DNA of 64,000 nt from Candidatus Saccharimonadales bacterium (GCA_025451045.1 JANWLD010000003.1:197690-261689); one strand, 5' to 3'. Shown: positions 1 to 10,333, counted from the first letter of the stretch. Program-made: numbers and translations. The notes: generated from the letters alone by a model not told the origin.

Positions 1-333
1 TGCAAATGGCTGAAGCGCCAAGGCGGCGTTGAGGGAATCGCCAAAATTAACGATAAAAAAGCCGAGAAACTCTATAAGTTCATAGATCAATCAGGCTTTT
101 ACAAGAACGATGTGGACAAAAAATACCGCTCAAAGATGAACATAGTCTTTACCCTTCCCGACAATGAACTGGATAAGGCTTTTGCCGAACAGGCTCATGC
201 GATGGGGCTGAAAAATCTGGAAGGCCACCGTAGTATCGGCGGGATGCGAGCCAGTATCTACAACGCCATGCCGGAAGCCGGCGTGGATGCCCTGATAAAA
301 TTCATGAAGGAGTTTGAATCTAAAAATGGCTAA
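1..333 (+). CDS. serC: Phosphoserine aminotransferase, C-terminal part (5' end outside window)
   Basis: Frame 1 is open from nt 1. The C-terminal sequence HRSIGGMRASIYNAMP is the characteristic SerC tail. It lies directly upstream of serA. Confidence 0.85.
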   Translation, partial: CKWLKRQGGVEGIAKINDKKAEKLYKFIDQSGFYKNDVDKKYRSKMNIVFTLPDNELDKAFAEQAHAMGLKNLEGHRSIGGMRASIYNAMPEAGVDALIKFMKEFESKNG

Positions 334-1498
334 GCAAAACTACTCTGTCAGGACTTATAACAAGATTGCCAATATCGGCATCAAACGGTTTAAAACTAAC
401 TACAAAGTTTCCGAAAACGAAAAAAATCCTGACGCGATAATGTTGCGCTCATATAATTTGCACGATGAATTGATCCCGGATTCAGTGATTGCTGTCGGCC
501 GAGCTGGCGCCGGAGTTAACAATATCCCGATTGACGAGCTTTCAACTCGTGGCGTAGCCGTGTTCAATGCACCCGGCGCAAACGCCAATTCGGTCAAAGA
601 GCTGGTACTGGCCGGCATGTTATTGTCCAGCCGCAATATATACGAAGCGCTTGAATACACCAAAAGCCTGTCGTCTGAAAACATGAAGGAAAACGTCGAA
701 GCTGGCAAGAAAAAATTCGCCGGGCATGAACTGCGCGGCAAGACACTGGGTGTTATCGGACTGGGGGCTATTGGTTATAGGGTTGCTAATGCCGGACTAG
801 ACTTGGGGATGAAAGTCATCGGCTGTGACCCGTCCTTGAGCCTGCCAAACGCGCGGCAACTATCTTCTGCCGTATCAATGGTCGAGGATATTGACGAGCT
901 TTTAATCGAATCCGACTATATAACTATCCATGTGCCCTTGCTTCCGTCTACCAAAGGAATGATTAGTAAAGACAAGATAGCCAAACTAAAAAAGAACTCA
1001 GTACTGATTAACTTTTCCCGCGATGAACTGGTAGATGAAGAAGAACTGCTGGAGGCATTGAATAAGGGTAAGATTTACAGGTATGTATCGGATTTTCCTA
1101 ACCCGACCGTAAATGGCCATGATAAAGTAATCACTTTGCCGCACCTTGGCGCGTCAACGTCTGAAGCCGAAGATAACTGCGCGGTTATGATAGCCGACCA
1201 ACTGCAAGATTATCTGGAGAACGGCAATATTCAAAACGCGGTCAACTTGCCTAACACCGTATTGTCGCGTAAAGGCAATCTGCGCCTAACCTTGGTACAT
1301 AAGAACAAGCCGGGCGTGGTCGCCCAAATTAGTAACATCTTAAGTAAACAGAATATTAATATTATGGATCTTTTAAACCGTAGCCGCGACAAGCTGGCCT
1401 ACACTATGGTGGATATCAGCGAAAAAGAAATCTCGCCGAAAATTCAGAAAGAGCTGGAGGATATTACCGAAGTCTTCAAGCTCAGAGTACTATCCTAA
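326..1498 (+). CDS. serA: D-3-phosphoglycerate dehydrogenase with C-terminal ACT domain
   Basis: Contains the 2-hydroxyacid dehydrogenase NAD-binding motif GVIGLGAIG and the catalytic region LPHLGASTSEA, plus an ACT-like tail. The ATG at 326 (MAKQNY) is preferred over 314; either overlaps the serC stop. Confidence 0.85.
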   Translation: MAKQNYSVRTYNKIANIGIKRFKTNYKVSENEKNPDAIMLRSYNLHDELIPDSVIAVGRAGAGVNNIPIDELSTRGVAVFNAPGANANSVKELVLAGMLLSSRNIYEALEYTKSLSSENMKENVEAGKKKFAGHELRGKTLGVIGLGAIGYRVANAGLDLGMKVIGCDPSLSLPNARQLSSAVSMVEDIDELLIESDYITIHVPLLPSTKGMISKDKIAKLKKNSVLINFSRDELVDEEELLEALNKGKIYRYVSDFPNPTVNGHDKVITLPHLGASTSEAEDNCAVMIADQLQDYLENGNIQNAVNLPNTVLSRKGNLRLTLVHKNKPGVVAQISNILSKQNINIMDLLNRSRDKLAYTMVDISEKEISPKIQKELEDITEVFKLRVLS

Positions 1499-2250
1499 GC
1501 CGTTTCAATTGTATGGATCCGTCTTGTTTGACTCTCCCAAACATACAATGGATCACCTTTATGGATTCGAGAAGTTAAATAAACCCGGCGTTTAGCAGTC
1601 CTCTTCTCCGCGCCAACACCACTGTGGCGGTGTCCGGTTACAAAAATTCGGGAATCAACTGTCTCGGGCACGGCTTGAGCTCCTGATAGCTTATGAGTGG
1701 AATCGCATATTTGAATAGGCGCCGAAAAAGTGCTTCCATTTGGCTTGGCTTGTTTTTTGATTTTTTTGCGCTGAACATCCCAGGGCTCGTCTAGTTTTGG
1801 TCCGGCATGCACCATTACAGTCTCTTCGCTTTCATAAAATGGAGGCAAAGCTTCCATCCAGGATAGATGGCCTTCTTCAGTCATGGCTTGGGTGAGATTT
1901 GTAGCATCTTCCAGCAGATTGCCTTCTCGTTCTACACTGTATGATTTCATCATTTCTTTTAAATAGCGCCTGCCTTTTGGATATATGAAGTGGCCGTTTT
2001 TTATAGCGACTAAAATATTCAAAAAGAACAGTTCGTGGTTACCAAGAATTGTCGTGCCATTTTCACAGGCCAGTTCAACCGTTCCTTTAACATTGGGCCC
2101 CTGCCGGCCTATTAAATCACCCAAAAATACCGGAGTTGCCTCTAGCTTACTTGCCAAATCAACTGCTCTTTTGCCGATTTCCAGTTCCCCGTGCAAATCA
2201 GGTATTGCCAGAAAATCTTCTTGGGCCGGTCTGGTTTCCGCCTTGCTCAT
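1495..2250 (-). CDS. Calcineurin-like metallophosphoesterase (Ser/Thr phosphatase/ApaH-like family)
   Basis: Motifs are present in canonical order: DLHGE, GDLIGR, GNHE, VHAGP and GHRH. The stop overlaps the serA stop by 4 nt (convergent genes). Confidence 0.7.
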   Translation of the reverse strand: MSKAETRPAQEDFLAIPDLHGELEIGKRAVDLASKLEATPVFLGDLIGRQGPNVKGTVELACENGTTILGNHELFFLNILVAIKNGHFIYPKGRRYLKEMMKSYSVEREGNLLEDATNLTQAMTEEGHLSWMEALPPFYESEETVMVHAGPKLDEPWDVQRKKIKKQAKPNGSTFSAPIQICDSTHKLSGAQAVPETVDSRIFVTGHRHSGVGAEKRTAKRRVYLTSRIHKGDPLYVWESQTRRIHTIETA

Positions 2251-2289
2251 CTGGTTTCAATTATTATTAATTTATTAAATTACGCAAGC

Positions 2290-2676
2290 TTAAACATTTT
2301 TAAGCTTAAAAACACATAGTACGAATCCAAGGCCAAAAAAGATATGCTGGCCGACAATTAACCAGCCGAAAGAATCAAACTCGGAATAATAAGCGATGGT
2401 TACAACAGAAGCAATTAAAAGCGTGCTTAGATTTCCCCAGACGGCGAATTCCTGCATATGGCGGTTCTTGTCCAGGCTGGCAAGCATATTAAGTACCGAA
2501 TAGCCGATAAGGGTCGAGCCGGTTATTCGGGCAAAGAACTCGGTTTGGACAGATATATCGTTAAAAAATATTTCACTGACGGCCGAGGGCCAAAGAAGCA
2601 GCAAGAGCCCCAAAATAGCGGTAATTACACCAACTATACGCAGATAATACCGAACAAAATCAATCTGGTTCATCAA
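2290..2676 (-). CDS. Hypothetical integral membrane protein (about 4 TM segments)
   Basis: The ORF has four hydrophobic stretches. No recognisable family motif. Confidence 0.5.
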   Translation of the reverse strand: MMNQIDFVRYYLRIVGVITAILGLLLLLWPSAVSEIFFNDISVQTEFFARITGSTLIGYSVLNMLASLDKNRHMQEFAVWGNLSTLLIASVVTIAYYSEFDSFGWLIVGQHIFFGLGFVLCVFKLKNV

Positions 2677-2766
2677 GTAAGTATTTTACAGAACAAACAC
2701 CGGAGCTCCTAGAAGCTAAGTTTACTGCCGTTAAGAGTTGTCAGCTATACTGTAAGAGGTAGGTTT

Positions 2767-4959
2767 ATGGCCAAGAAGAAGTTCATCGTTGTTTCCAACC
2801 GTTTACCGGTTAGTGTGACAAGGGGTAAAGACGGGATAATCTTTAGCCCCAGTTCCGGTGGGTTGGCCACTGCCATTGCCCGCTTTTATCGTGACAAGCC
2901 TGATAGCATATGGATAGGTTGGCCCGGTATTTGCGAGGAGGATACTACGGCTGCCGAGCGCCGTATGATTGTTAAAAAACTTAAAAGTTACGGATGCCAC
3001 CCGATTTTTCTGACCCGTCATCAGGTACGCCAATATTACGACGGCTACTGTAACGATACTATCTGGCCGCTGTTCCATTATTTTCAGACGTATGTGAAAA
3101 ACGAACCGGGGTATTGGAGCGTCTATAAAAAGGTCAACCAGCTTTTTGCCGATAAGGTAGTGAAGTTCGCCGCTAAAGACAGTACGATTTGGGTGCATGA
3201 TTACCATTTGATGTTGCTTCCTGATAAACTGCGGCAAAAATTGCCGGAGGTAGCTATTGGCTTTTTCCTGCATGTGCCGTTTCCGTCTTATGAAATTTTC
3301 CGGCTGTTGCCGAATCGGGCGGATATCCTGCGCGGTTTACTTGGCGCCGATTTGATAGGTTTTCATGTTTATGACTATGCCCGGCACTTCTTGTCCAGTT
3401 TGCTGCGCACCATGGGGCTGGAAGCTGCCAACGGTACGCTGACATTCGGAAAACGGCTGGTTAGGATAGATGCTTTTCCTATAGGAATTGATTATGAGAA
3501 GTTTGCCTCTAGCAAAACTGACAAAAAAGTCGCCAAAGAACTGGCGGCCATTGAAAAGTACTACAAAGGCAAGAAAGTGATTCTGTCTATGGACAGGCTG
3601 GATTATTCAAAGGGGATTTTAGGCCGTCTGCGAGCCTTTGAGCAGTTTTTGAGTAAGTATCCGAAATACCTGCAAAAAGTAGTGCTGGTAATGGTGGCCG
3701 TGCCCTCGCGGGTGGAAGTACCGGCTTATAAAAATCTGAAAAAAGAAATTGAGCGGATGATAAGCCGTATAAACGGCAAATACTCTACAGTAAGCTGGAG
3801 CCCTATAGCCTATCAGTTCAAAAACCTGCCGTTCGAGCAGGTTGCCGCCTTGCTTACCAGGGCTGACGTGGCATTGCTTACACCATTACGCGACGGAATG
3901 AATTTGGTTGCCAAAGAATATATAGCTACCAAGCAAGGCCAACCGGGAGTATTGATTCTAAGCGAAATGACCGGCGCTATAGACGAAATGCCGGAAGCCA
4001 TTCGAGTCAACCCGAACGATATTAGCGATATACAGCGTAGTATTAAGGCGGCGTTGGAGATGCCAAAAAATTTGCAAAAACAGAAAATTAACCTGATGCA
4101 AAAACGCTTGAGCCACTACACCATCAACCGCTGGGCCGAGGACTTCACCCAGCAGTTGCAAAAATTTAAAAACCGCCAGCACGGCCAGATTGATAAGCTG
4201 CTGGACAAGCCAAGGGAGCAGCGGATAATCCGTAGTTTTAAAAGGGCTTCCCGTCGTCTAATACTGCTGGATTACGATGGGACTATCACCAATTTGGCTT
4301 CTACCCATCATCCTGAAAAGACCAAGCCTTCCCCGCAGCTGCTTGAACTGCTAAAGAAAATTAACAATCTGGAAAACACTACGCTGGGTATAGTCAGCGG
4401 CCGGCCGAAGAAAGTTTTAGACTCATGGTTCAAGGATATCCCAATGGCTCTGTCAGCCGAACACGGCATATGGGTCAAAACTGATAACATCTGGTCGCGC
4501 CGTGAAGTATCACTGGGTAAATCCAGGGAGAAAGTTATCCGATTACTCGAGCAATACGCTGATCGGACACCGGGCGCGGTTATCGAGAAAAAAGATTTTG
4601 GCGTAGTCTGGCATTACCGCAACGTTCCGCCCGAATTAGCACAAGCTCGCAATGCCGGCATCGAGTATGAGCTAAGGGATATATTGAGAAACTCGGACTT
4701 CTCTATTATGCGCGGTTCAAAAACCTTGGAGATAAAGCCGACGCATATTAACAAAGGCGTAGTAGCCGAGGAGCTGATAGCGATGAACAATCCGGATTTT
4801 ATCCTTTGTATAGGCGATGACAACACCGATGAGGATATGTTCCAGGCAATGCCGGAAAAAGCCTTTACCATAAAGGTTGGTTTGAGCGAAACTCATGCCC
4901 GTTTTCAACTAATTGAAGTAAGCGAAGTCTTAAAACTACTGGAAAAACTTATAAAATAA
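2767..4959 (+). CDS. Bifunctional trehalose-6-phosphate synthase (GT20) / trehalose-6-phosphate phosphatase (HAD) fusion
   Basis: The N-terminal ~470 aa resemble OtsA (VVSNRLP, WVHDYHL, GFFLHVPFP, DGMNLVAKEY). The C-terminal ~240 aa carry the HAD motifs of OtsB (LLDYDGT, GIVSGR, IGDDNTDEDMF). Confidence 0.9.
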   Translation: MAKKKFIVVSNRLPVSVTRGKDGIIFSPSSGGLATAIARFYRDKPDSIWIGWPGICEEDTTAAERRMIVKKLKSYGCHPIFLTRHQVRQYYDGYCNDTIWPLFHYFQTYVKNEPGYWSVYKKVNQLFADKVVKFAAKDSTIWVHDYHLMLLPDKLRQKLPEVAIGFFLHVPFPSYEIFRLLPNRADILRGLLGADLIGFHVYDYARHFLSSLLRTMGLEAANGTLTFGKRLVRIDAFPIGIDYEKFASSKTDKKVAKELAAIEKYYKGKKVILSMDRLDYSKGILGRLRAFEQFLSKYPKYLQKVVLVMVAVPSRVEVPAYKNLKKEIERMISRINGKYSTVSWSPIAYQFKNLPFEQVAALLTRADVALLTPLRDGMNLVAKEYIATKQGQPGVLILSEMTGAIDEMPEAIRVNPNDISDIQRSIKAALEMPKNLQKQKINLMQKRLSHYTINRWAEDFTQQLQKFKNRQHGQIDKLLDKPREQRIIRSFKRASRRLILLDYDGTITNLASTHHPEKTKPSPQLLELLKKINNLENTTLGIVSGRPKKVLDSWFKDIPMALSAEHGIWVKTDNIWSRREVSLGKSREKVIRLLEQYADRTPGAVIEKKDFGVVWHYRNVPPELAQARNAGIEYELRDILRNSDFSIMRGSKTLEIKPTHINKGVVAEELIAMNNPDFILCIGDDNTDEDMFQAMPEKAFTIKVGLSETHARFQLIEVSEVLKLLEKLIK

Positions 4960-4962
4960 CGG

Positions 4963-5847
4963 CTACGACCGTGCTTTAAACCAGCCGTTGATAGCAGTAT
5001 CGGACTTTTTAACTATTTCTATATCCGGCATGTCTTTTTGGCTCAGCGGCAAGCGGACGCTGTTTGAACTGATTATTCCCGTGGCATGCATCAGTGCTTT
5101 GACTGGCACCGGATTACTGGCGCAAAACAGGGATTGTATGGCAGATTCCCAGATGCTGTTGTCTTTGAAGCTGCCATTTGCGCACTGCTCGGCATAAAGC
5201 TTTGTAGCTTGTGGCCAGACATTGCTGGCAACCGAAACTACTCCTTTAGCTCCCAGTTTAGAAAAAGCCGGCAGCATCAGGTCATCGCCGCTCATCATTA
5301 AGGCTTCCGGCACGGTTTTAACGTATTTGGCAAATTCTTCTTCCGAACCGCTGGCCTCTTTAATGGCCCAGAAGTTCTGGTGGCTTTTGAGCATGCTCAG
5401 CGTCCCAAACTCCAAATTCTTGGCCGTCCGGCCGGGGATGTTATAGAGCATGCAAGGCTTGTCGGCCTCATTTAAAAGCGCCTTAAACCAGCCATACTGG
5501 CCATGTACGCCGGGCTTGGCATACAGCGGCACTACCATCAGGTAACAATCCAGCTCCAGCGTATTCAGGTATTTTACCCAATCAAGCTGGGTGTGCAGGT
5601 TAATTCCGCCGACACCGGCCATTAGAGGTACTGACAGCTTCAGCCCGATGGCAAAATCAAGAACCTTCTTTTTTTCGTCCTCGTCGATATTCAGCGCTTC
5701 GCCGGTACTGCCCAGCAGAGTGATCGCATTGCCAGCCGACTCTTGCTGTTTAAGGATTTTTTCAAAATCAGCGTAGTTGATAGAGCCGTCTTGGTTCATC
5801 GGCGTGATTATCGCCGTCCATACTTTGTAGGAGTTTAAATCTTTCAT
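4963..5847 (-). CDS. dapA: 4-hydroxy-tetrahydrodipicolinate synthase
   Basis: DapA/NAL family motifs are present (TAIITPM, GSTGE, YNIPGRT, IKEASG). It is the last gene of the lysC-dapB-dapA operon. Confidence 0.85.
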   Translation of the reverse strand: MKDLNSYKVWTAIITPMNQDGSINYADFEKILKQQESAGNAITLLGSTGEALNIDEDEKKKVLDFAIGLKLSVPLMAGVGGINLHTQLDWVKYLNTLELDCYLMVVPLYAKPGVHGQYGWFKALLNEADKPCMLYNIPGRTAKNLEFGTLSMLKSHQNFWAIKEASGSEEEFAKYVKTVPEALMMSGDDLMLPAFSKLGAKGVVSVASNVWPQATKLYAEQCANGSFKDNSIWESAIQSLFCASNPVPVKALMHATGIISSNSVRLPLSQKDMPDIEIVKKSDTAINGWFKARS

Positions 5848-6512
5848 AGTCCCAATTCCTTTTGCATTATCTCCTCAAGGTCGTGCAGACCGGGGGCTAT
5901 CTCGCCGCTAGCTAGTTTTTTAGCGGTCCAAATAGCTCCCTGCGCAAAAATTTTGCGGTCTTTGCTTTTGTGCTCTACGGAAATATCTTCATATTGAGTG
6001 ACTAAAGTCAGTTTATGCTCGCCCGGGTTATCGCCTTCACGCTCGCTGGTAATGTCGGCTTTCTGGCCCAGCCATTTTTGCCAGGCCAAAGCCGTGCCGC
6101 TGGGTTTGTCTTTCTTGTGGATATGGTGGATTTCGCGCAATTTAAAATCGAACTCGTCAAAGAGCTCAGGGGTCTTGGACATAACCTTTATCATGCCGCG
6201 CACCAAGTTCATGCCTAAACTGAAATTTGAGGCGGTTATCCACGCAACGCCTTTGGCTTTGAGCCGGCTATCAATGTCCTTAGGCCATTCAAAGCCGGTA
6301 CTGCCGGTCGCCAGCGGCAAGCCGCTATCAACCAAAAGCTCAAGGTGTTCTAATAAGGCCGGACCGGGCAAAAATGATATCGCCACGTCGCAGCTTTTCA
6401 GTTTATCAAGCGTTGGCAGATTGGTCTCGTCAAAGGCAACGACGTTTTCAACGCCTAAAATGTCTCTCACTCTGCCGCCGGTTCTGCCGGTACCAAGTAA
6501 AGCTACTTTCAT
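5844..6512 (-). CDS. dapB: 4-hydroxy-tetrahydrodipicolinate reductase (short form)
   Basis: Has an N-terminal GTGRTG Rossmann motif and the EIHHxxKxDxPSGTA signature (EIHHIHKKDKPSGTA). It overlaps dapA by 4 nt. Confidence 0.85.
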   Translation of the reverse strand: MKVALLGTGRTGGRVRDILGVENVVAFDETNLPTLDKLKSCDVAISFLPGPALLEHLELLVDSGLPLATGSTGFEWPKDIDSRLKAKGVAWITASNFSLGMNLVRGMIKVMSKTPELFDEFDFKLREIHHIHKKDKPSGTALAWQKWLGQKADITSEREGDNPGEHKLTLVTQYEDISVEHKSKDRKIFAQGAIWTAKKLASGEIAPGLHDLEEIMQKELGL

Positions 6513-6513
6513 A

Positions 6514-7974
6514 TTATTTACCTATAAATTCCTCGTGAAGTTTGCGCACAGATTCTTCGCCATATTTTCCTTCTACTACAAAACAAAAATTGTGTTTACT
6601 GGCGCCCTGACAAATCATCCTGATAGCAATTTTACTATCTTTTGTTTCCAGGCAGGCAAAGATTTTGTTGGCCAGTCCCGGCGTGTTGTTAATATCGTTG
6701 CCGATGAGCGAGACTAAACTCATGCCGTTCTCAATAGTTACATCACCGAGCTCACGCAGTTCGCCGAGCATCTGCGCGTGCGATGATAAATAACCATCAA
6801 GCGTAAAAGCCACGGCGATTTCACTAGTGCTTATCTGGTTGATGCTAACTTTATGCCTGGCAAAGATTGCGAAAATCTTAGCCAAATAACCGAATTCCTG
6901 GCTCATTTGCTCCGTTGTCAACGTAACCAAACTTTGCTTCGGTTTAAGCGATACGGCGGTCGCCAATGGTTTTTTACTGCTGGATTTTTCAATCCGCGTA
7001 CCCGGCGTGTCAGGTTGGAAAGTGTGTCCGACGTATACCGGTATATTGGCCCGGCGCATCGGAATTATCGTCTTGGGATAAAGTATCTTCGCGCCGGCGG
7101 TAGCTAGCTCCGCCGCTTCCTGAAAGGTCAAAAGGTCGATTTGACGGGTATTTTTAACAATCCGCGGATCGGCGGTAGCCACGCCCGGAACATCACTCCA
7201 AATCTGCAGTTCATCGGCATTCAGCGCTTCGGCGAACAGCGCGGCGCTGTAGTCGCTACCGCCCCTGCCCAGCGTGGTGGTACTGCTGTCCGGCGCGCGG
7301 CCGATAAAGCCTTGGGTGACGACCGTTTTCCCGTTTTTTACTTCGGGTACCAGCAATTCTTCGGTGTGGAATCTGATTTCATCAACCAGCGGTGTCGCAA
7401 AGCGATGGTTCCTATCGGTCTTGATGATTTTGCGGGCATCGACTACCGTCGTTTTGGCTCCGGCTTTTTCCAGCGCGTCGGCCATCAGTACAGAAGAAAT
7501 TCTTTCGCCATAGCTGAGGACATGGTCGCTTATCCGTTTTGGATAGCGGTTCAGGGAACTGCCGTCCAAAGTACTGGGGATATCCTTTATGCGTTGTCGG
7601 TAGACATGGCGCATGCTCGGATAAAGTTCTTTGAGCGCCGATGGGTAATCCTTTGCAATAATACTCAGGGCCAAGTTGTTAAGGCGCGTAAATAGCGCGT
7701 CCAGATTTTTTGTAGCGTGAGCCGACAGCTTGAGGCCGCTGGCAATCTTTTGATGTTTTATCTTCAAGCTTTCTATTGTTTTGAGCGATTCTATCGACGG
7801 CTTTTTGGTGAGGCTTTCTGCTAGCCTCAGAAGTTCATCGGTAGTGCCTGAGGTAGCGGACACCACCACCACCGAGACATTATGGAGTATTGCTACCTTA
7901 GCCGACTGTCTGATAGCTTCAGCGTCAGCCAAAGATGTACCGCCAAACTTAGCAACAGTTAGTTTTTTACTCAT
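6514..7974 (-). CDS. lysC: Aspartate kinase
   Basis: Starts with KFGGTSLA, contains the GGSDYSA motif and has a C-terminal ACT pair. It lies 1 nt upstream of dapB. Confidence 0.9.
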   Translation of the reverse strand: MSKKLTVAKFGGTSLADAEAIRQSAKVAILHNVSVVVVSATSGTTDELLRLAESLTKKPSIESLKTIESLKIKHQKIASGLKLSAHATKNLDALFTRLNNLALSIIAKDYPSALKELYPSMRHVYRQRIKDIPSTLDGSSLNRYPKRISDHVLSYGERISSVLMADALEKAGAKTTVVDARKIIKTDRNHRFATPLVDEIRFHTEELLVPEVKNGKTVVTQGFIGRAPDSSTTTLGRGGSDYSAALFAEALNADELQIWSDVPGVATADPRIVKNTRQIDLLTFQEAAELATAGAKILYPKTIIPMRRANIPVYVGHTFQPDTPGTRIEKSSSKKPLATAVSLKPKQSLVTLTTEQMSQEFGYLAKIFAIFARHKVSINQISTSEIAVAFTLDGYLSSHAQMLGELRELGDVTIENGMSLVSLIGNDINNTPGLANKIFACLETKDSKIAIRMICQGASKHNFCFVVEGKYGEESVRKLHEEFIGK

Positions 7975-8023
7975 TTTCAGCTATTTATTGTAACAGATAT
8001 AAGGCCTCTGGAAGGATGTTATT

Positions 8024-9151
8024 ATGTACTCTATGAGTAAAATGCAAGTCGGTTTCCCCGGATATCGCGGAATGGTTGGTTCCGTACTTCAGGAACGCAT
8101 GATTGAAGAAGGCGATTTTAAAGAATTTGACCCGATATTCCTCTCAACATCGCAGGCCGGTCAGCCGGGCCCTGAAGTTAATGGCGAGCCAACCGTACTG
8201 GCTGACGCTTACGACATCGCAGCGTTGAGCGGGCTAGATGCAATTGTCAGCTGCCATGGTAGTGAATATACCGAAAAAGTCCACACCGAGCTGAGAAGCA
8301 AAGGCTGGGATGGTTTTTGGATAGACTCAGCCAGCCATTTGAGAAATGAGCCTTCATCGGTGTTAGTACTTGACCCGGTCAACGCGGGGGTCATAGATAA
8401 AGCTTTGGAGGATGGCAAAAAAGACCTAATTGGTGCTAATTGTACGGTCAGCGTGATGCTGATGGGCCTCGCCGGATTGTTCAAGTCCGGGCTTGTTGAA
8501 TACGCTTCAATTGCTACCTATCAAGCGGTTTCCGGTGCCGGCTCGAAAAACGTAATCGAACTGCTTAAGCAGGCCGGGTCGCTTGGAAGCGTTGTTTCCG
8601 AAGATTTGGACAACCCGGCCAAAACTATTCTTGAAATTGACAAAAAAACCAAAGAACATCTTATTTCCAGCGATTTGCCTACAGATGAATTCGGCTTCCC
8701 GATAATGGGCAATGTCCTGCCTTGGATTGACAGCAAGGTCGAAAACGGCCAGTCGCGCGAGGAACAAAAAGGCCTGATTGAGACCAATGGGATATTAGGA
8801 CTCGAACCTGATACCATAATTACCGATAGCTTATGCGCGCGCGTTGGCAGTATGCGTTCGCACGGCGAAGCCCTTTTTATTGACCTCAAAAAAGATCTTC
8901 CGATGGATGAGCTGGAAGAGATAATTAAATCGGCGCACCAGTGGGTCAAGCTTGTCCCGAACACGAAAGAAGACACCTTGACCAACTTAACGCCTGTGGC
9001 TACCAGCGGTACGCTGGAAGTCGCCGTAGGCCGGCTTAGAAAGCTTAACAAAGGGCCGAAACATCTTGGCGCTTTCGTAGTCGGCGACCAGTTGCTCTGG
9101 GGGGCTGCCGAGCCTCTAAGGCGAGCCTTACAGATAGTTATTTCCAGATAA
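8024..9151 (+). CDS. asd: Aspartate-semialdehyde dehydrogenase (long, E. coli-like type)
   Basis: GYRGMVGSVLQERM and GANCTVSVMLMGL closely resemble E. coli Asd (GWRGMVGSVLMQRM, GGNCTVSLMLMSL). The start could be 8024, 8033 or 8042. GGAAGGA lies 7 nt upstream of 8024. Confidence 0.9.
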   Translation: MYSMSKMQVGFPGYRGMVGSVLQERMIEEGDFKEFDPIFLSTSQAGQPGPEVNGEPTVLADAYDIAALSGLDAIVSCHGSEYTEKVHTELRSKGWDGFWIDSASHLRNEPSSVLVLDPVNAGVIDKALEDGKKDLIGANCTVSVMLMGLAGLFKSGLVEYASIATYQAVSGAGSKNVIELLKQAGSLGSVVSEDLDNPAKTILEIDKKTKEHLISSDLPTDEFGFPIMGNVLPWIDSKVENGQSREEQKGLIETNGILGLEPDTIITDSLCARVGSMRSHGEALFIDLKKDLPMDELEEIIKSAHQWVKLVPNTKEDTLTNLTPVATSGTLEVAVGRLRKLNKGPKHLGAFVVGDQLLWGAAEPLRRALQIVISR

Positions 9152-9154
9152 AGC

Positions 9155-10333
9155 TTATTGATTTAGGCGTTTTACCAAATCCTGGATTTGGCTGTAGTCG
9201 TTTACGCCACCTAATGGGATCAAGGCGGATTGACCAGTTGGCGTGCGATAACTTGTCAGCAGATTGATTTTCTTTTTTTCATCACGCAAACCGACGGATT
9301 TGAGCTGATTGTCGGGAACGCTGTTGAACAACTTATAAAACGGCAAAATATTATTTAGGCCAAGGTCGGTCTTTATATTGCTGGCTATGGCATCTAAAAT
9401 CGGTTCATTCTTTCTTGGATCAAGCAGAAGTTGCCAGGTAATTTTCTCCTTAATACCCTTTATAACTGTTCGTTGGTTCTTGGCCCTGTCAAAATCCGAT
9501 TGGCTAAGGCCGTAAGATTTGTAGGTTGAACCGCGGGCCCGGGTCAGCCTTAGCGCGGTTTTGGCATCAATTTTTTGCTTGCCGTTCTTTAGTCTCAAAG
9601 GGCCACCCTCAATCTTCTTAAAGTTTCCATCATAAATACCGCGCGGGTCATTGCTGTCAATAGTGACGGTTATGCCGTGCAGGGCTTTCACAGTGTCCTT
9701 CACTGCCCCATAGTTAATAAGCACGTAATAATCAAACTTAATACCAAAATCTCGCGAAATCACTTTCTCCAGCATCCCCATACCGCCCTTGGCGTAGCCG
9801 GGTTCTTTGAATCTAGCCGTTTCACCGTCTTGATAAGCCTCGTTTATCTTAGCTTGTCCAAAACCGGGGATGTTGACATATAGATCGCGCGGAATGCTTA
9901 GCATATATCCGGTCTTGCTGTCTTTATCCAAGCTCATGACCATTATAGAGTCAGTCAATTTAGCGCCGGCATGGCCCGGGTCATCAGCCGAGAAACCGGC
10001 CATCAGGACATTGGTTCGCCCATCTTGGCTTTTAAGGTTATTTGGCGGCAGAGCGGCCAGAATATAGCTGGAACCGAACATCTTTTGGCTAGCTTTGGAA
10101 AAATTACGGTAATCCCAGATACCGAAGTACAACAAAGGTATAAGAATAATGACAAAAACTAAAAGCAACGCTTTTTTCCAGGTAAAACGGCGTTTTTTCC
10201 TGCCCGACTTAGCTTCGTCCGGAGGCAGGTTTAATTCGGCTGATACCGGAGGTTTGTATTTGCGTTCGGAACTTTGCAGTGTGCGGTGGACATCAAATTT
10301 CTTTGGCTGATGCCGCTTTCGCGGTTTTGGCAT
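9155..10333 (-). CDS. LytR-CpsA-Psr (LCP) family cell-wall glycopolymer ligase, N-terminal TM anchor
   Basis: LCP core motifs are present: NVLMAGFS...DSIMVMSLD and SIPRDLYVNIPG...KINEAY. A single TM segment follows a basic N-terminus. Confidence 0.8.
   Translation of the reverse strand: MPKPRKRHQPKKFDVHRTLQSSERKYKPPVSAELNLPPDEAKSGRKKRRFTWKKALLLVFVIILIPLLYFGIWDYRNFSKASQKMFGSSYILAALPPNNLKSQDGRTNVLMAGFSADDPGHAGAKLTDSIMVMSLDKDSKTGYMLSIPRDLYVNIPGFGQAKINEAYQDGETARFKEPGYAKGGMGMLEKVISRDFGIKFDYYVLINYGAVKDTVKALHGITVTIDSNDPRGIYDGNFKKIEGGPLRLKNGKQKIDAKTALRLTRARGSTYKSYGLSQSDFDRAKNQRTVIKGIKEKITWQLLLDPRKNEPILDAIASNIKTDLGLNNILPFYKLFNSVPDNQLKSVGLRDEKKKINLLTSYRTPTGQSALIPLGGVNDYSQIQDLVKRLNQ

Noticed and set aside
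5998-6717. 239-aa plus-strand ORF spanning dapB/lysC, and similar long antisense ORFs at 28914-29531 (atpF/atpH), 31463-32110 (atpG), 11069-11689, 7141-7695, 8521-9051 and 32070-32465
   Set aside because: Each lies entirely antisense to a gene with strong family motifs. The translated sequences are low-complexity or Ser/Arg/Leu-rich with no recognisable motifs or translation signals.
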